A DNA stretch of 64,000 bases, taken from assembly GCA_003104935.1 (NCBI GenBank), contig PQAE01000002.1, positions 3,527 through 67,526 on the forward strand. The letters run 5' to 3'. The DNA is from Parcubacteria group bacterium (GTDB lineage: Bacteria; Patescibacteriota; Patescibacteriia; UBA1558; GWA2-36-10). Below are positions 63,328-64,000 of this stretch, one piece after another. The stretch's first letter is position 1. Every line of letters begins with the position of its first letter. The position numbers and the translations under genes are program-made. The notes under the pieces are model-generated. The model searched no databases. It saw nothing but the letters and a program-made list of their open reading frames with translations, and had not been told where the DNA came from.

Positions 63328-63645
63328 CTAAGACCATCTGGGTCCGTGAGGATCTGTCTGTATAATTAAACCACCATATATTGCCTCAAGTTCTCCTTCG
63401 AAATCTAAAAATTCCGTGCCTGTATTAATTTGCCATACGCCCCTTGAACCTTTTGTATGTATAATAGCGCTTCCATCTTTTAACCTTTTTATCATAATAT
63501 CTAACAGTTCCGCTCTATTATAATCACTGAAACATCCAGCTTCTTTAAAATGCTTTTCAACTGCTTCTTCTGGCGAATCAACTTCGTATTGCTCTACCGC
63601 GAAAGTAAAATCCGCAAATGTTGTGGTTACTGTAAATAATTTCAT
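63328..63645 (-). CDS. Hypothetical small protein, candidate immunity protein for the toxin-like ORF that runs off the window end
   Basis: The 105-aa protein sits 10 nt downstream of the stop of the partial ORF at the edge. It has no motif and is in an AT-rich context. Confidence 0.3.
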   Translation of the reverse strand: MKLFTVTTTFADFTFAVEQYEVDSPEEAVEKHFKEAGCFSDYNRAELLDIMIKRLKDGSAIIHTKGSRGVWQINTGTEFLDFEGELEAIYGGLIIQTDPHGPRWS

Positions 63646-63655
63646 AAAATATTTA

Positions 63656-64000
63656 TTATTTAATATGCTTAATTAATGATTGAAGACTATTTTTAATACC
63701 CTGCAAACGGTTTTTCTCTATCTTATTCAAATTTTCGCTCTTAAATACATTTCTTATATTATTAATAACATTCCTAGCTTTTTCAGTATGAAATATGTCT
63801 TTAGTCTTATTTCCGGTCATTATTTCATTCCTTAGCGCACCCATCGTACCTCCAGGAATTGTATCACTTGTTTTAAATACGGATTTTAGGGTATTAACAG
63901 CCCTACTATTTTCAATGCCTTTCAACATTTTGCTCTGCTGGGCTACTGCATCAAAATTCTTAGCCTTATTAGCAAGTTTAGCAACATCATCAACTTTAGT
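63656..64000 (-). CDS. C-terminal end (about 115 aa visible) of a larger protein continuing beyond the window; possible polymorphic toxin C-terminal domain
   Basis: Reverse-strand translation has no stop between 63929 and 64000 (...TKVDDVAKLANKAKNFDAVAQQSKMLKGIENS...GGTMGALRNEIMTGNKT...HTEKARN...). The track lists only the last M-initiated 90 aa. Confidence 0.4.
   Translation of the reverse strand, partial: TKVDDVAKLANKAKNFDAVAQQSKMLKGIENSRAVNTLKSVFKTSDTIPGGTMGALRNEIMTGNKTKDIFHTEKARNVINNIRNVFKSENLNKIEKNRLQGIKNSLQSLIKHIK

Noticed and set aside
1-64000. Search for CRISPR arrays, tRNA/rRNA genes, transposases, integrases and phage genes
   Set aside because: There are no regularly spaced direct repeats, no cloverleaf-like conserved tRNA motifs in the few intergenic gaps, and no ORFs with DDE, tyrosine or serine recombinase motifs. 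The window appears free of these elements.

Overview
This 64 kb window is densely coding and almost entirely on the minus strand. I saw no rRNA, tRNA, CRISPR array, transposase or integrase. GC content is about 45-50 percent, with two AT-rich patches at roughly 56.7-59.4 kb and 61.1-64 kb. The content suggests a small-genome bacterium with Gram-positive-type type IV pili, possibly a CPR/Patescibacteria lineage, but I cannot confirm this from sequence alone. In genome coordinates the window reads as follows.

(1) A heat-shock operon hrcA-grpE-hsp20 is preceded by a perfect CIRCE operator (TTAGCACTC-N9-GAGTGCTAA) at 1862-1888.

(2) A MacAB/YknXYZ-like exporter follows, with a HlyD-family adaptor, an ABC ATPase and two tandem FtsX-type permeases. 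An AbrB-like regulator gene precedes it in the direction of transcription.

(3) A complete type IV pilus/pseudopilus assembly locus (7.2-16.4 kb) comes next. It contains two tandem major pilin paralogs followed by a rho-independent terminator, a PilM-PilN fusion, a Cys-rich repeat protein and a 444-aa pilin-like protein with a C-terminal LamG lectin-like domain. It also contains two minor pseudopilins, PilC and PilB.

(4) Directly upstream and co-oriented is a compact chemosensory module: MCP, CheW, CheA and CheY.

(5) A divergent promoter region separates this from a roughly 34 kb glycan biosynthesis super-cluster (20.2-54.7 kb). It starts with an initiating polyprenyl-P sugar-phosphate transferase, a TviB/WbpA-like UDP-sugar 6-dehydrogenase, a TviC-like uronate 4-epimerase and a Wzx-like flippase. 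Next comes a module I cannot match to a known pathway: a GatZ/KbaZ-like protein, a KdsC-like HAD phosphatase, two paralogous sugar-1-P nucleotidyltransferases (one fused to an APH/choline-kinase-like kinase) and a PMI-type cupin. After that come a Gfo/Idh/MocA oxidoreductase, a DegT aminotransferase and a sugar N-formyltransferase, then GDP-mannose 4,6-dehydratase. The cluster also holds at least seven SAM methyltransferases, a B12-binding radical SAM enzyme, about nine GT4 and two GT2 glycosyltransferases, and a polyprenol-P-sugar synthase paired with a GT-C membrane transferase.

(6) A 932-aa multi-TM/GAF sensor histidine kinase has a sharp drop in GC across its N-terminal coding part.

(7) An AT-rich segment carries a transglutaminase-like gene and split coaB and coaC genes, followed by an acyl-CoA synthetase.

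(8) An AT-rich terminal region carries an RHS-core-containing orphan toxin C-terminal cassette with small downstream candidate immunity ORFs. A further toxin-like ORF runs off the window edge.

The most novel-looking parts are the pilus locus with its adhesin-like components and attached chemosensory module, and the unusual hyper-methylated, N-formylated glycan pathway with the GatZ/KdsC/kinase-nucleotidyltransferase module.
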